From Massalongia carnosa (lineage: Eukaryota), in contig OZ287080.1 in the NCBI GenBank assembly GCA_965645245.1, positions 930,001-994,000 of the forward strand: a stretch of DNA of 64,000 bases. Direction: 5' to 3'. The notes below the pieces were generated by a model that had not been told where the DNA came from, did no database searches, and saw only the letters and a program-made list of their open reading frames with translations. Below, one piece after another: positions 1-13,400 of this stretch; positions within the stretch are counted from its first letter, which is position 1; every line of letters begins with the position of its first letter. The position numbers and the translations under genes were made by a program.

Positions 1-981
1 GAACTTAGAAAAAACGATTTGGATTTTTTCTGATAGCATAAAGGCGATAAACGAAATTCAGAACTTGACAAATCATATTTTCGCAAGACAAATTCGAAAG
101 GTCGCAAAACTCTTATTTGAAAGCAATTATCAGGTGATTTTGCAATGGATTCCGAGTCATTCGAAAATTACCGAAAACGAAATTGCAGACAAAACAGCAA
201 AGACGGGCCATAATCGAATCCTAATCGAGTCCTCGGCGATAACATTTGACGATGTAAAAGATCAATTAAATCGAAATATGCTAACTACACGGACGAATCA
301 ATGGCAACAATGCAAATCGAAAGGCAAATACTATGAGAAATTCGAAATGCAACCTGGCATATCGAGTTTTTATAATTTATCAAAAAACTGCTCCAAATTG
401 ATATTTGCCACTATTATGCAATTAAAATTCGGACACGGTTATTTTCGATCATATATACATCGATTGAAAGATTATAATTCGTCAAAATGCGCAAATAGAT
501 GCAATCAACGACAAACGCCAGAACACTTGTTATTGAATTGCATTCACTATTTCGATAAAATTCAAAACATGAAATAAAATGTCGATATTACTATCAACTT
601 GAATATGTTGTTTAATACAAAAATTGGAAATGACATTTTGATTAAATTCATTGTCAATAACAAAATCGCGACTAGAAAATGGATACTAGGTCAGCTTGAT
701 GACGAAATTGTTGAAACGGGAGGCTGTGGAGAGATCGAACAGTAAAATCAGATATGATTTATGTTGAAACATTTACGAACTTACTAAGACAAATTGTAAA
801 ATCGATAATTTCTCGATTACTATAGGTTGTTACTAACACGGAGTAAAAACGGGGGAAAATTGTCGATACATAGATGGGTTATAAAGGGTTGATTTATTTG
901 TATTATAGAAACATATCCTAAAATATTTTAGTTTCATAACCTTAGGTTGAATACACTTAATGAATAAATAAAAATAAAAAA
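1..981 (+). mobile_element. LINE-A (Tad-like) 3' part: RNase H, C-terminal Cys/His motif, 3' UTR, A-rich tail; runs off the window start
   Basis: ORF 65-577 (LQWIPSH..NEIAD; C..RC..QTPEHLLLNC) with premature TAA; 3' UTR ends TTGAATACACTTAATGAATAAA(A-rich) as in all other copies. Confidence 0.93.
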
Positions 982-1831
982 TTATCGGGTGGTTCTACAA
1001 TGGATTCCTAGTCATTCGAAAATCGTCGAAAATGAAATTGCAGATAAAACAGCAAAAGCGGGACATAGTCGAATCCTAGTCGAGTCTTCGATAATAACAT
1101 TTGATTATATAAAGGGTCAAATAAATCGAAATATGTTAGCCACATTGGCGAATCAATGGCAACAATGCAAGTCAAAAGGCAAATACTATGAGAAATTCGA
1201 AATGCAGCCGGGCAAATCGAGTTTTTATTATCTGTCGAATAATTGTTCGAAATTGATATTTGAGACTATTATGCAAATAAAATTCGGACACGGTTATTTT
1301 CGATCATATCTGCACCGATTGAAAGATTATAATTTGTCAAAATGCACAGGGCGCTACAACGAACGTCAAACGCCAGAACACTTATTGATGAATTGCATAC
1401 ATTATTCCAATGAAATCCTAAACATGAAACAAAATATCGATACCACAATTACTTTAAAAATGTTGTTTAATACTAGGATCGGAAATAATATTTTTATTAA
1501 ATTTATTGTAGATAACAAAATCGCGACTAGAAAATGGATGCTAGGTCAGCTCGATGACGAAAATATCGAAACGGGAGGTTAGGGAGAGATCGAACAGTAA
1601 AGTTAGAAATGATTTATGCTAGATTATTCACGAGCTTTACAAAAACATATTGTAAAATCGATATTTCGATTATTAAAGGTTGTTACTTACACGGAGTAAA
1701 AACGGGGCAATATTGATGATACATAATTTGGTTATAAAGGGTTGATTTCTTTGAAAAATAAAAATAAATCTTAAAATAGTTTAGTATCATAACCTTAGGT
1801 TGAATACGCTTAATGAATAAACAAAAAAAAA
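982..1831 (+). mobile_element. LINE-A 3' part, more diverged subfamily
   Basis: ORF 989-1582 homologous to RNase H/C-terminus; TGG>TAG stop; same 3' UTR and A tail; starts directly after the tail of the previous copy. Confidence 0.92.
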
Positions 1832-3737
1832 CTAGTAAATCAGGCCCAAATCGACAAATTTTTCTAAAGTTTTGCTAATGCCCTGCTCGGCGCGTTTTAT
1901 TTGTACGGCCTTCCGTTTATTATCCTTTTCTTTCTGTTTATTTTTTGCCCATTGCTATATCTGTTATCACTTTGCTGGTAATTGGGCAGCCATTTTGTTA
2001 ATATTCAATTTTACACGCGCCGTCTCCGGGTAATGACTAATAACTTTAATCTGGCCAATAAGATTTTCCCTTTCAACGATAATGGGTACAACATCTCAAT
2101 TACCTCTCATGATCTATGTAAAATTTCCCAACATGCCTCCTTTTTGCAACATGGTCCACAGCTCTTACATTGCCATCTGGTCTGACTTGCACGTCGTCTT
2201 TTGGTGCAATTTTCATCAATTTCCGCAAGTGGTCGGCGTTGTTTAAGTCTTGGCACTTGCCTTTTGCAGGCCAAACAATAGTCCTTCTTACTCAAATGCT
2301 CCTATTTGCAAGTTGACTCGACGTCTTTATTAACGTCTTGATTAGTAGTAACTATGACATCTGTCGGACGTTTCCGTAGGGCACCGGCTTGATTGGATAG
2401 TAGGGCATTTACTATTTCTTTTTGAAAGTCCAAATGGCTGAGTGTTGAATTCGGATACAGAATTCTCCACAATTTGAAGGCATTTAGAACGGCTGCATCC
2501 AGAAGAAAGATGAAAATTTACCACCAGTAGCGACGATCAGATCTTTGAGGTGAATAATATGCTCTTTGCTGAGCATTCCTATCTGACCCGCCCATGTGCT
2601 GGTTATATTCCACGATCGGCATGGGAAATGGAAGCTTTTCTTCTTCATCATCAACGATAATTCTAGAATTCGAAGGAATTCCATGACGTCGACGGGAATT
2701 CTTGTAGAAAGAAGTCTTCAAATCCTCAATTGTATAAACAGTGGTCATGAATTGCACGGTATTTAAATCCACCCATGTCATACACAGAATGTCCCCGTCA
2801 TCAATGTTTGATTTTTTACTTTTATTTGCAGGTACCGTCATCAATGCCTTCTATCCCCAGTCCTTATTCTTGGTGGCTGCAACCCTCAGACGTAGAACAT
2901 CAACAGGAAAACCGCATCCTGATTTAGCCGTCCCACAGGCACCAATTCCAATGGATTTCAGAGCTTTGAATAGTTTTGTATTTGTGAAGAAGTTGTCTAG
3001 AAAGATGACGTATTTCAAGCCTTCATCAGAAGGTAAACTTCGAGCCAGTTGAATGACGACTAGGGAGGAAGGAGACAAATCCCATTTAGTTGTCGGAAAT
3101 TTCAATTGTCCAGGCGTTTTTAACTCACTAATTTTGGACACCTGTCTTGCAATTAGTACGATGCAAATTGAGGCCATTTCTACTCACCTTGGAGGTAATT
3201 AAGAAGTCAAAAAGATAATTTTCCTGACATAAACTATAGATTTTGAAGCCTACACCAGCCGCCTTGGTAGCTATTTACATAGTATGGCAGCTCCTACCCC
3301 TGAATAAAATCAATTGCTCCTCAACTGACACATGACTTCCAGGAATCCAGTATTTCTTTGATACTTTTCGAAAGTCTGTGGCCAATGGTTCCAGCTTTTT
3401 CCACCAATCAGGGCCTCGAGTATCAATGATCTCATCTTCGTCGGGGTTGGATATCTTCAAAAATCGCATGAGTTGCTCCCATCTTCGAAGACTCATGGCT
3501 TGAATCACCATGTCATGTATGGCAAATTTAGGAGACGTGTTCCAATAGTCAGTAAGACGTGGCATCAGTGTATACCCCATATATAATAGAATTCCCAGAA
3601 AAGCTCCTACTTCAGAAGAAGAGATGTCATGCCATTGACGTCTCTTGATGTCGTTTAGGGCATACTTCTTTTTCGCTTAAAGATTGGTATTTTTAGCTAT
3701 GATTTCAAGCATTTCAAAGCTAAAGAAGAGGCAGAAT

Positions 3738-4970
3738 ATGAAATGAGTCTTTTTTTTATATTATTTATTCATTAAGTGTATTCAACCTAAGGTTATGACA
3801 CTAAAATATTTTAGGATATGTTTCTATAATACAAATAAATCAACCCTTTATAACCTATCTATGTATCGTCAATTTTCCCCCGTTTTTACTCCGTGTTAGT
3901 AACAACCCATGGTAATCGAGAAATTATCGATTTTACAATTTGTCTTAGTAAGTTCATGAAATGGGTCTATAAATTGTCCAATACTAATATTTTATCGAAC
4001 TTAGAAAAAACGATTTGGATTTTTTCTGATAGTATAAACGCGATAAACGAAATTCAGAACTTGACAAATCATATTTTCACAAGACAAATTCGAAAGCTCG
4101 CAAAACGCTTATTTGAATGCAATTATCAGGTGATTTTGCAATGGGTTCCGAGTCATTCAAATACTACCGAAAACGAAATTGCAGACAAAATAGCAAAGAC
4201 GGACCATATTCAAATCCTAGTCGAGTCCTCGGCGATAACACTTGATTATGTAAAAGATCAAATAAATCGAAATATGCTAACCACATGGACGAATCAATGG
4301 CAACAATGCAAATCAAAAGGCAAATACTACGTGAAATTCGAAATGAAACCTGGCATATCGAGATTTTATTATTTATCAAACAACTGTTCTAAATTGATAT
4401 TTGCTACTATTATGCAATTAAAATTCGGACACGGCTATTTTCGATCATATTTACAGCGATTGAAAGATTATAATTCGTCAAAATGCACAAATCGATGCAA
4501 TCAACTACAAACGCCAGAATACTTGTTATTGAATTGCATTCACTATTTCGATGAAATTCAAAACATGAAACAAAATATCGATACTACGATCAACTTAAAT
4601 ATGTTGTTTGATACAAAAATCGGAAATGACATTTTGATTAAATTCATTGTCAATAACAAAATCGCGACTAGAAAATTGATACTAGGTCAGCTTGATGACG
4701 AGATTTTCGAAACTGGAGGTTGGGGAGAGATCGAACAGTAAAATCAGAAACGATTTATGCTGAAACATTCACGAACTTACAAAGACAAATTGTAAAATCG
4801 ATATTCTTCGATTACTATAGGTTGTTACTAACACGGAGTAAAAATGGGGAAAAATTGACGATACATAGATAGGTTATAAAGGGTTGATTTATTTGTAATA
4901 TAGAAACATATCCTAAAATAGTTTAGTGTCATAATCTTAGGTTGAATACACTTAATGAATAAATAAATAA
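3738..4970 (+). mobile_element. 5'-truncated LINE-A with an inverted 3' fragment at its 5' junction
   Basis: TSD AAAGAAGAGGCAGAAT at 3722-3737 and 4971-4986; RNase H ORF to 4741; 3' UTR and tail. Confidence 0.93.
3750..3955 (-). mobile_element. LINE-A 3' UTR fragment (206 bp), inverted
   Basis: PolyT plus reverse-complement 3' UTR, flanked by ATGAAATG(A/G)GTC at 3738-3749 and 3956-3967. Confidence 0.9.
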
Positions 4971-6244
4971 AAAGAAGAGGCAGAATTAACTGAAAGGAGT
5001 CTGATTTATCAAGCGCAACGTCTCGTCGGCTATGGTTTTCGAAATGGGATCGAAATTGGAAAATAATTTGATGACGGAGGGGGCATGGAGTCAGTTATGC
5101 TTTGTACGCTGGGTTTATCCTTTTTGGCCTGTTCTTTCAAAATTGAGGTGGGCAAAGCGTCTGATTGGTTAAGAACTTCTATCTCAATGCCTCTCTTGAT
5201 TATTCGAAAGAAATTGTAGATGTTTTAATGATTTTCAACTGATGTTTACCTTCTTATTTAACAAAAAAAGGGAAGAATGTTTTGATGTTCGCTATTCAGC
5301 CCTACGGTATCTCACTAAGCCTATTTAAGGTGGCTGCCAAATTGCCAGACGAAGGGATACGTCTTTAAGGCTCAATACTCGAGCCTTTCTACCATAATGA
5401 GCCCCGCTATGATTTGCTCGATAATTCCGCCGTAAATTGGCCTGAAGAAGTTCGCTATTGGTAATTCGAAGTAACGTAGAGTCGGCAAAGGCATATTTGC
5501 CCCCTTTTATCAATTTATTTAAAGCTGGGGCGGATGTTGAGTTCGAATTTTTATTCTTTCAAATTCGACAAACCAACTGATTTATTTAATTGATATTTGC
5601 AGGTGTCTTTTCTACTCCGATAATAGCTTTATGAGAGTTCTGAAGTGTTATCGGAGTACCATGATTAGAAGCAGACGCGATCTCCGTATTATTTCCAACA
5701 CTAGAGTTTCTTGTGACGGTAGTAGTAGTGGTGATGCTATTAATGCTATTAGTATTTAGTAATACCGATTTTTTATTAGTCAGTTTCTGAAGAACCAATG
5801 ACGGATTAAATGATACTAATCCGGTAATTCTCCATGCAGTAAGTACGTTTTTCTCGCTGATTTTATCCTTTCTTGCCTCTGGCATGATCATTAAAAAGTC
5901 TATCTTATCAATCAAGCAGATGTTGGACAGGGTGACGACCTTTAGTCATTTTTTATACTCCCAGGACAGAGGCCCAAAAATACTTACATCTAGATTTTTT
6001 ATTTTTATTCATTAAGTGTATTCAACCTAAGGTTATGACACTAAACTATTTTATGATATGTTTCTATAATACAAATAAATCAACCCTTTATAACCCATCT
6101 ATGTATCGTCAATTTTCCCCGTTTTTACTCCGTTTTAGTAACAACCTATAGTAATCGAAAAATTATCGATTTTACTATTTGTCTTTGTAACTTCGTAAAT
6201 GTTTCAGCATAAATCATTTCTGATTTTACTGTTCGATCTCTCCC

Positions 6245-6981
6245 TGTAACGGTTGGACCAAGCGTGGTGCGGACGGCAGGACCTACAGCGAACATAGCAG
6301 GAGTCCCAGTTATAGTAGAATTTTTTTTATTTTATTTATTCATTAAGTGTATTCAACCTAAGGTTATGACACTAAACTATTTTAGGATATGTTTCTATAT
6401 TACAAATAAATCAACCCTTTATAACCCATCTATGTATTGTCAATTTTTCCCCATTTTTACTCCGTGTTAGTAACAACCTATAGTAATCGAAGAATATCGA
6501 TTTTAAAATTTGTCTTTGTAAGTTCGTGAATGTTTCAGCATAAATCGTTTCTGATTTTACTGTTCGATCTCTCCCCAACCTCCAGTTTCGAAAATCTCGT
6601 CATCAAGCTGACCTAGTATCCATTTTCTTGTCGCGATTTTGTTATTGACAATGAATTTAATCAAAATGTCATTTCCGATTTTTGTATTAAACAACATATT
6701 CAAGTTGATGGTAGTATCGATATTTTGTTTCATGTTTTGAATTTCATCGAAATAGTGAATGCAATTCAATAACAAGTGTTCTGGCGTTTGTCGTTGATTG
6801 CATCGATTTGTGCATTTTGACGAATTATAATCTTTCAATCGCTGTAAATAAGATCGAAAATAGCCGTGTCCGAAGTTATAGTAGAATAGAGCTTGGTCTG
6901 CGGACTAAGTATTGTGCCTTTTGGTCGGGAAGGAAAGGTAGCGCAATGGTAGAAATCTATTCACTATCTCGCTTCGTCACA
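6245..6981. mobile_element. ~171-bp solo mini-LTR (TG...CA) interrupted by LINE-A
   Basis: TGTAAC...GTCACA ends; 5-bp TSD CTCCC at 6240-6244 and 6982-6986. Confidence 0.88.
6321..6873 (-). mobile_element. 5'-truncated LINE-A (553 bp) inside the mini-LTR
   Basis: TSD AGTTATAGTAGAA at 6308-6320 and 6874-6886. Confidence 0.92.
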
Positions 6982-8891
6982 CTCCCCAACCTCCAGTTTC
7001 GATAATTTCGTCATCAAGCTGACCTTGCATCCATTTTCTAGTAGCGATTTTGTTATTGACAATGAATTTAATCAAAATGTCATTCCGATTTTTGTTTTAA
7101 ACAACATATGCAAATTAATCGTAGTATCGATATTTTGTTTCATGTATTGAATTTTATCGAAATAGTAAATGCAATTCAATAACAAGTGTTCTGGCGTTTG
7201 TCGTTGATTGAATCAATTTGTGCATTTTGACGAATTATAATCTTTCAATCGATGTAAATATGATCGAAAATAGCCGTGTCCGAATTTTACTTGCATAATA
7301 GTAGCAAATATCAATTTGGAACACTTGTTTGATAAATAATAAAACTTCGATAATCCAGGTTTCATTTCGAATTTCTCGTAGTATTTGCCTTTTGATTTGC
7401 ACTGTTGCCATTGATTCGTCAATGTAGTTAGCATATTTTGATTTATTTGATCTTTTACATAATCAAATGTTATCGCCGAGGACTCGACTATGATTCGATT
7501 TTGGCCTGTCTTTGCTGTTTTATCTGTAATTTCGTTTTCGGTAATTTTTGAATGACTCGAAATCTATTGCAAAATTACCTGATAATTGCTTTCAAATAAG
7601 CGTTTTGCGAGCTTTCGAATTTGCCTTACGAAAATATGATTTGACAAGTTGAGAATTTCGTTTATCGCGTTTATACTATCAAAAAAAATCCAATTCGTTT
7701 TTTCTAAGTTCGACAAAATATTAGTATTCTATAATTTTTAGACCCATTTCATTGCTTGTAAAATTGCATTCAATTCGCATTTTTAATGCTTGACTGTTTG
7801 CTTAATTTCTAGCTTTTCTACTTACATCTAGAGGTTGTAGTATATGTGTTGTATGAGAAGGTAAACATAGTAAAATGATTTTCTTTTTATTGCAGAACTT
7901 GATAAATTCGGTAGAAATATAGGAAGCATAACCCAAACCGAAACAAAAACGTTTTATCATGTTTATTACTCGATGTCAAAGGAGCATTTGAAAAAGACCA
8001 CCTATCGAAACACAAGTACCGCAACTTTTGATACTCTATAACGTTCACAGTCAATTGAACATCTCTTTCTCAGTCATTTGAGCTCCTCCAGAGCAAAAAC
8101 GGACTCAGATTGAGTGTAGGAGAGCTCCAGCAAGCTCCAGCAGAGATTTTATGCTGGTCGCACGCGACAGACGTGATAAAGCGCGCTCAAGAAGTTATAA
8201 AAAATAACAAATACCAACAATATCACCAAAAATCGCTCTTTTTTCTCACTTTCTTCTGTTCTGTTGTCGCATTACCCTCAATTATTACTACAAGAATTAT
8301 CTACAAAAAATATCTACTGTCGCGGTACTGTACAACAACTGTCGCGACGACCAACTTTTTTGAAGTTCATTTCTCATTTAAGGTTACGGGAACTTCCGCA
8401 AGCACAAATTTTCACAGTATATTTCACGTATAATTTCTGCATATACCATTTTAGGCTTTATCGATCTCTATTGAACGGCCGGTCAACAGATCACTGAAAA
8501 GAAGGGGAAAAACGTCTGGAATAGGATTATACCAAAGATCCTATTTCAGATTAATCAGAATAGGAAGTCTCTTATTATCTTACCTTGCCTTAGATCTATT
8601 TTTATCGCAAAAAAGCAAAAAAAAACCTTTCATTATTTTTAACTATTGTAGTGTCTGGTAAAGGGTTAAATAAGATTTACTGCCTAAGCGAGGAACGGTC
8701 TATTTTAACCCGATTAGGATTTATTTGACGAGTTATTGTGATATAAATAGGGATAGGAAAGCAAGAGTCGTTAGACATGTAAACTGGTGTAAATTTCTAT
8801 TCTGATTAGTACGTCCGGGGAACATCAGAATAAATTATTTGGTGGTGATAAAAGGGATATTGAAAAGGCATATCGATTTATTTATTAAATC

Positions 8892-10466
8892 ATGTTCAAT
8901 CCGGTACTCCCTAGGACTCGACGAATTATATCGAGAGCCTCCCCGGGAACACCCCTGAGCACTCCTCAAAACCCTCCCCAAATGGAATCTCCGGGGCTCT
9001 CGTCAGTAGGACTTATAGAAAAATCGCCTGTACTTGAGGAGCCTATGGATCAATCACATGAATATTCGTCCGCCCCGACTACGCCGACCCCAAAAGCAAC
9101 CAAATTCCCATCTGGACAATTTACTACCAATCTACCCATGCCATCGTTAAATTCTAATATAGAATTAAGCCCGCCCATCAAACGTAACAAACGAAAAACA
9201 TTCGACGAACGAGTAGAGGAAAGCCAAGAAGCAATCAATCGAGCACAATCGATTGGATTACTCAAAACGGCTAAAACCGCGTTATTGAAGTCATTTGTCT
9301 TAGATCAAAATCCAGAAACAGCAATAGTCATTGATAATGTCAATTCCTTATTGACAAAAAAATCAATTAATATCAAAACAACACTAGACATGATGAATTG
9401 GAAATTGGACAAGGTAATTGATCAGACTAGTAATCGAACCTCAGAAACAACGCGAAAATCGACTCGGGTTCAACAAGTCAATATGACTGAAAATCCAAAT
9501 AAAGTCGTCAACACGAACGCACGAAAGGAAACCGCCGGGGTTACGAGTACAAAGGTCAATAACACGCCTCCATCCTGGAGTCAAATGCTTGGAAAAGCAA
9601 CTGCGAATTCCGAAAATTGGACCACTGGTTCCAGATCGAAAAATTCGAGTCAAACCTCGAACAAACTCGACAAAACCGATGAATTAAATGCAATCAAACT
9701 CAGACGACTGATAATTACACCAAAAATTCAAATCGGCGATATCGACTCATTGAAACTTCGAGATCAAATCAACGCGCAATTCAGCAACGCGAAGTTAGAT
9801 ATCGTAATCAACACGGTCGAAAAATCGAAAACCGGTCAGAATATCGTCCTCACTACTAGTTCGAAAAACACTGCTGCAGAATTGTTGGAAAACAAACCTA
9901 TATGGGAACATATGTTCGATGCACAAAGAATTCGAAAAGACGAATCCTGGTTTAAAGTGATCGCACATGGAGTAAATATTGCAACGTTTGATCAAAATAT
10001 GCAATATTTGCCAAATGAAATCCAGAAATTCAACCTTAACATGGAATTGTGCGATTTACCCAGATGGCTAGCGCGAGATCGCGAAAATAAAGTCAATTCT
10101 TCGGTCGTTTTGACTTTTAACGATCGAAATCAGGCCTTAAACGCGTTAAAAGGCGTAAATATCGCGGGAAAACACTGTGACACGGAAATATTTACTTCCG
10201 TTCGTCCGAATACACAATGTATTAACTGTCAAAAATTCGGACACAAGCATTATAAGTGTCGAAACAAATCAAAATGCAATATTTGTGCACAAAATCATGA
10301 AACACGTAATCATGAATGCATAACATGCAAATCGAAAACTGCGTGTGCACACGTTGTTGTGAAATGTGCAAACTGCAATAAAAATCATCAATCAAATGAT
10401 GAACATTGTGAAATGTTTACTGCATTAAATCCACGAAAATCGGCTGACGAATTATCCGCCTTATAA
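8892..10466 (+). CDS. LINE ORF1 gag-like nucleic-acid-binding protein
   Basis: 524 aa; C-terminal zinc knuckles CINCQKFGHKHYKC, CNICAQNH, CANCNKNH...C. Confidence 0.92.
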   Translation: MFNPVLPRTRRIISRASPGTPLSTPQNPPQMESPGLSSVGLIEKSPVLEEPMDQSHEYSSAPTTPTPKATKFPSGQFTTNLPMPSLNSNIELSPPIKRNKRKTFDERVEESQEAINRAQSIGLLKTAKTALLKSFVLDQNPETAIVIDNVNSLLTKKSINIKTTLDMMNWKLDKVIDQTSNRTSETTRKSTRVQQVNMTENPNKVVNTNARKETAGVTSTKVNNTPPSWSQMLGKATANSENWTTGSRSKNSSQTSNKLDKTDELNAIKLRRLIITPKIQIGDIDSLKLRDQINAQFSNAKLDIVINTVEKSKTGQNIVLTTSSKNTAAELLENKPIWEHMFDAQRIRKDESWFKVIAHGVNIATFDQNMQYLPNEIQKFNLNMELCDLPRWLARDRENKVNSSVVLTFNDRNQALNALKGVNIAGKHCDTEIFTSVRPNTQCINCQKFGHKHYKCRNKSKCNICAQNHETRNHECITCKSKTACAHVVVKCANCNKNHQSNDEHCEMFTALNPRKSADELSAL

Positions 10467-13400
10467 TGGCAGGACAGCATTCGTTGGCAAATATAGAAAA
10501 TACTCACAATGTCAAATTTATTCAACACAACTGTGGAAGGTCAACGAATGCAATGATTTCGTGTTTGGAATATGCTTTATCAAATCAAATTGATATTGTT
10601 TTGTTTCAGGAACCATGGACACGAGATCAAAAAACAATATCACATCCTTCATTTACATGCATTATGCCGAAAATAGCAACTTATCGCTCGAGAGTAGCTA
10701 TATTTGTCACAAAATGCAATCACAAACTGCAATGCACGCCTAGAACGGATCTTATTGACGATTCCGATATGCAAATTATTGAAATTACAATTGATGAAGT
10801 TCAAAAAGTGCAGATTTTCAATATTTATAACGAAAAAAGTCAAAATGATCGAGAAACATACACGATCGATCGACTTTTAATCAAATATCAACCTACATCA
10901 ACTAATCAATTCATCATATGTGGAGATTTCAATACACATCATAACTGGTGGAATTCGAAAATTCAACATGCAATTCGATCAGAAAATTTAGTCAAATGGT
11001 TGAAAATAAACAAATGTAGTTTGATAAACACACCTGATTTATGCACATTCTACGCCCATTCTGGAAGTTCATCATCTGTTATTGATTTAACATTTGCAAA
11101 TTCCAAAATCGAAAATGCAATTACAAACTGGGCAATCGATGAAAACGCAGTCACAGGTTCAGATCATGAAGTCATCCGATTTGAACTAATCGCATCTTTC
11201 AAGAATTTGACGTCACATGCAACCGCATTATCGAATAAATACAATTGTAATAAAGCCGATTGGAATAAATTCGCGAAGTTTCTAGACGAAAATTCAATCA
11301 ACTACGAATCAAAAGTTCAAAGTTTATTGAATAATCATCAATTCGACGAATCAGCGATACATTTGCAAAAAATTATCAAAAACGCGGCTGAAATGTTTAT
11401 TCCGAAAACAAAAATATGTGCAAAATCGAAAAATTGGTGGTCGCAAGATTTAACCGAACTTCGAAAAATCATGTGCAGGCATCGTCGAGAATGGAAGAAT
11501 TATCCGTCCGATTTTAGTCATCGGACGTTTAAACATAGTCGAATCGAGTATTTTCATGCAATTCGAAAAGCAAAACAACAAACCTGGTTGACTTTTCTAG
11601 AAAATGCAGCGAATAAAGACGTGTTTACCGCGTATAAATATACTAAACCGCGCATATTCGAAAAAATACCGCCGATTCTACATGAAAATAAGCTTAATGT
11701 TCAGTTTGATGACAAATGCGATGCGTTTGTGTCAGCAATGTACACAAAAAACCCATTTATAGACGATAATGTCGAAGATTTACCAAATCAAGACAGCGAA
11801 AATGATGATAATTGGCCAGATTTGACCGAAAACGAGCTGCAAAATGCGATTAATTTATTTAATCCGAAGAAAGCATGTGGACCTGATGCAATCAATTTTA
11901 CAATTGTTCAAAAATCGTTTCAATCGTTGAAAAACGTGTTTTTCATGATTTATTCGAAATTCATTCGAATCGGTTATCACCCGTTATGCTGGCGGACAGG
12001 ACTCGGTGCAGTTCTGAAAAAACCTAATAAATCAGACTATTCGCTACCAAAATCATATCGAATTATCACATTACTAAATTGTCTTGGTAAAATTGCTGAG
12101 AAAATCGTTGCAAATCGACTAGCCTACTTCGGCGAAAATTCGAATTTACTAGATATCGAACAGATGGGCGGACGCAAAAATCATTCTGCAATTGACGCAG
12201 TAATGAACGTCGTTCATGATATCGAAATTGCGAATCGAAATAAAAGCGTTTTATCCTGTTTATTACTCTATGTCAAAGGCGCATTTGACTTTGTCTCGAT
12301 TAATCAACTGCTAAATGTCATGAAAAAGCTGAAATTATCTCGCATAATAATTCAATGGGTCAAGCATTTCATGACTAAACGATTGATCAATTTGATATTC
12401 GATGAAAACAAAAGCAAAACATATTATGTCGAATCAGGAATTCCACAAGGTTCACCAATCTCGCCTATTCTATTTTTGATTTACATTCGTCACTTGTTTC
12501 CGAAAATACGAATGAAATTTAATGCACATTCTCCCAGTTTTATTGACGATGTTGCAATATATGTCGAAAATAAAACTGCAAAACAAAATTGCGAAGAAAT
12601 CGAAATCATAGTCAAAACAGCTTTTGATTGGGCCGCATCGAATAATGTCAAATTTGATGACGATAAATCCGAGCTGATTCACTTCGAAAAGACAAGAAAT
12701 GTATCGAAAGACACATTGGAATTACCAAACGGAACAGTACTAGAACCGAAAAATGTAGTCAAATGGTTGGGCGTCTGGTTAGACCGGAAACTGAATTTCA
12801 AAAAACACGTCGAAACGCGAATCTCTTCTGCGAATCGATCGTTTTTTGCAATTCAGAATTTGATGAAATCCGAATGGGGTCTGAAACCGACCGCATGCAG
12901 ACAGCTCTATTTATCATGCATTATTCCTATTTCGGACTATGGCTCAGAAATTTGGTATAATGGTCAAAAGAAATATGAAAAACTATTTCAGAACCTACAA
13001 AATCGAATGATTCGAAAGATTTTAGTAACTTTCAAAACCACACCTATTCAGGCGATGGAAATTGAACCACATGTTTTACCAGTTAAACTTCGATTATTAA
13101 TGAAAAATCAAAAATACGCAATTCGATTATTGAAGATTGCCGAAAATAACCCTATTTGTCAAAGAATTCCAAATACATATTCGATAAAATTCGAAAACAT
13201 CGGTTTTGACACTAGTTTATGGAACAACAAATATGCCGAATGGAACGAAGACGAAAAACAAGCAAATAAACGACATCCTAGTCAGATCCTTCGCGTTCTT
13301 CATTCCGTTTCCGAAATAGTTCACAAAACTGATGAGTTTGAACAATCAAATCATTTTATTAAACCTTGGAAATCGCCGTGCAAAATCGAATTTCAAATCG

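Larger units (their letters stand above)
2107..5100 (-). pseudogene. piggyBac-like transposase relic, interrupted by LINE-A at 3738-4970
   Basis: Fragments with SVEEQLILFRGR, VIFLDNFFT..LF..L...GIGACGT, YNQHMGGSDR, and C-terminal CLACK...WQCKSC..C...C...H; multiple stops; TTAA ends not found. Confidence 0.85.
5995..7818 (-). mobile_element. 5'-truncated LINE-A containing a mini-LTR and another LINE-A
   Basis: TSD TACTTACATCTAGA at 5981-5994 and 7819-7832; sequence resumes at 6987 after the LTR. Confidence 0.92.

Noticed and set aside
3893..4741. Stand-alone 282-aa RNase H gene
   Set aside because: N-terminus is an inverted 3' UTR fused by chance to a truncated LINE ORF2
8110..8497. Upstream ORFs in the LINE leader
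   Set aside because: Non-ATG starts, no recognisable motifs
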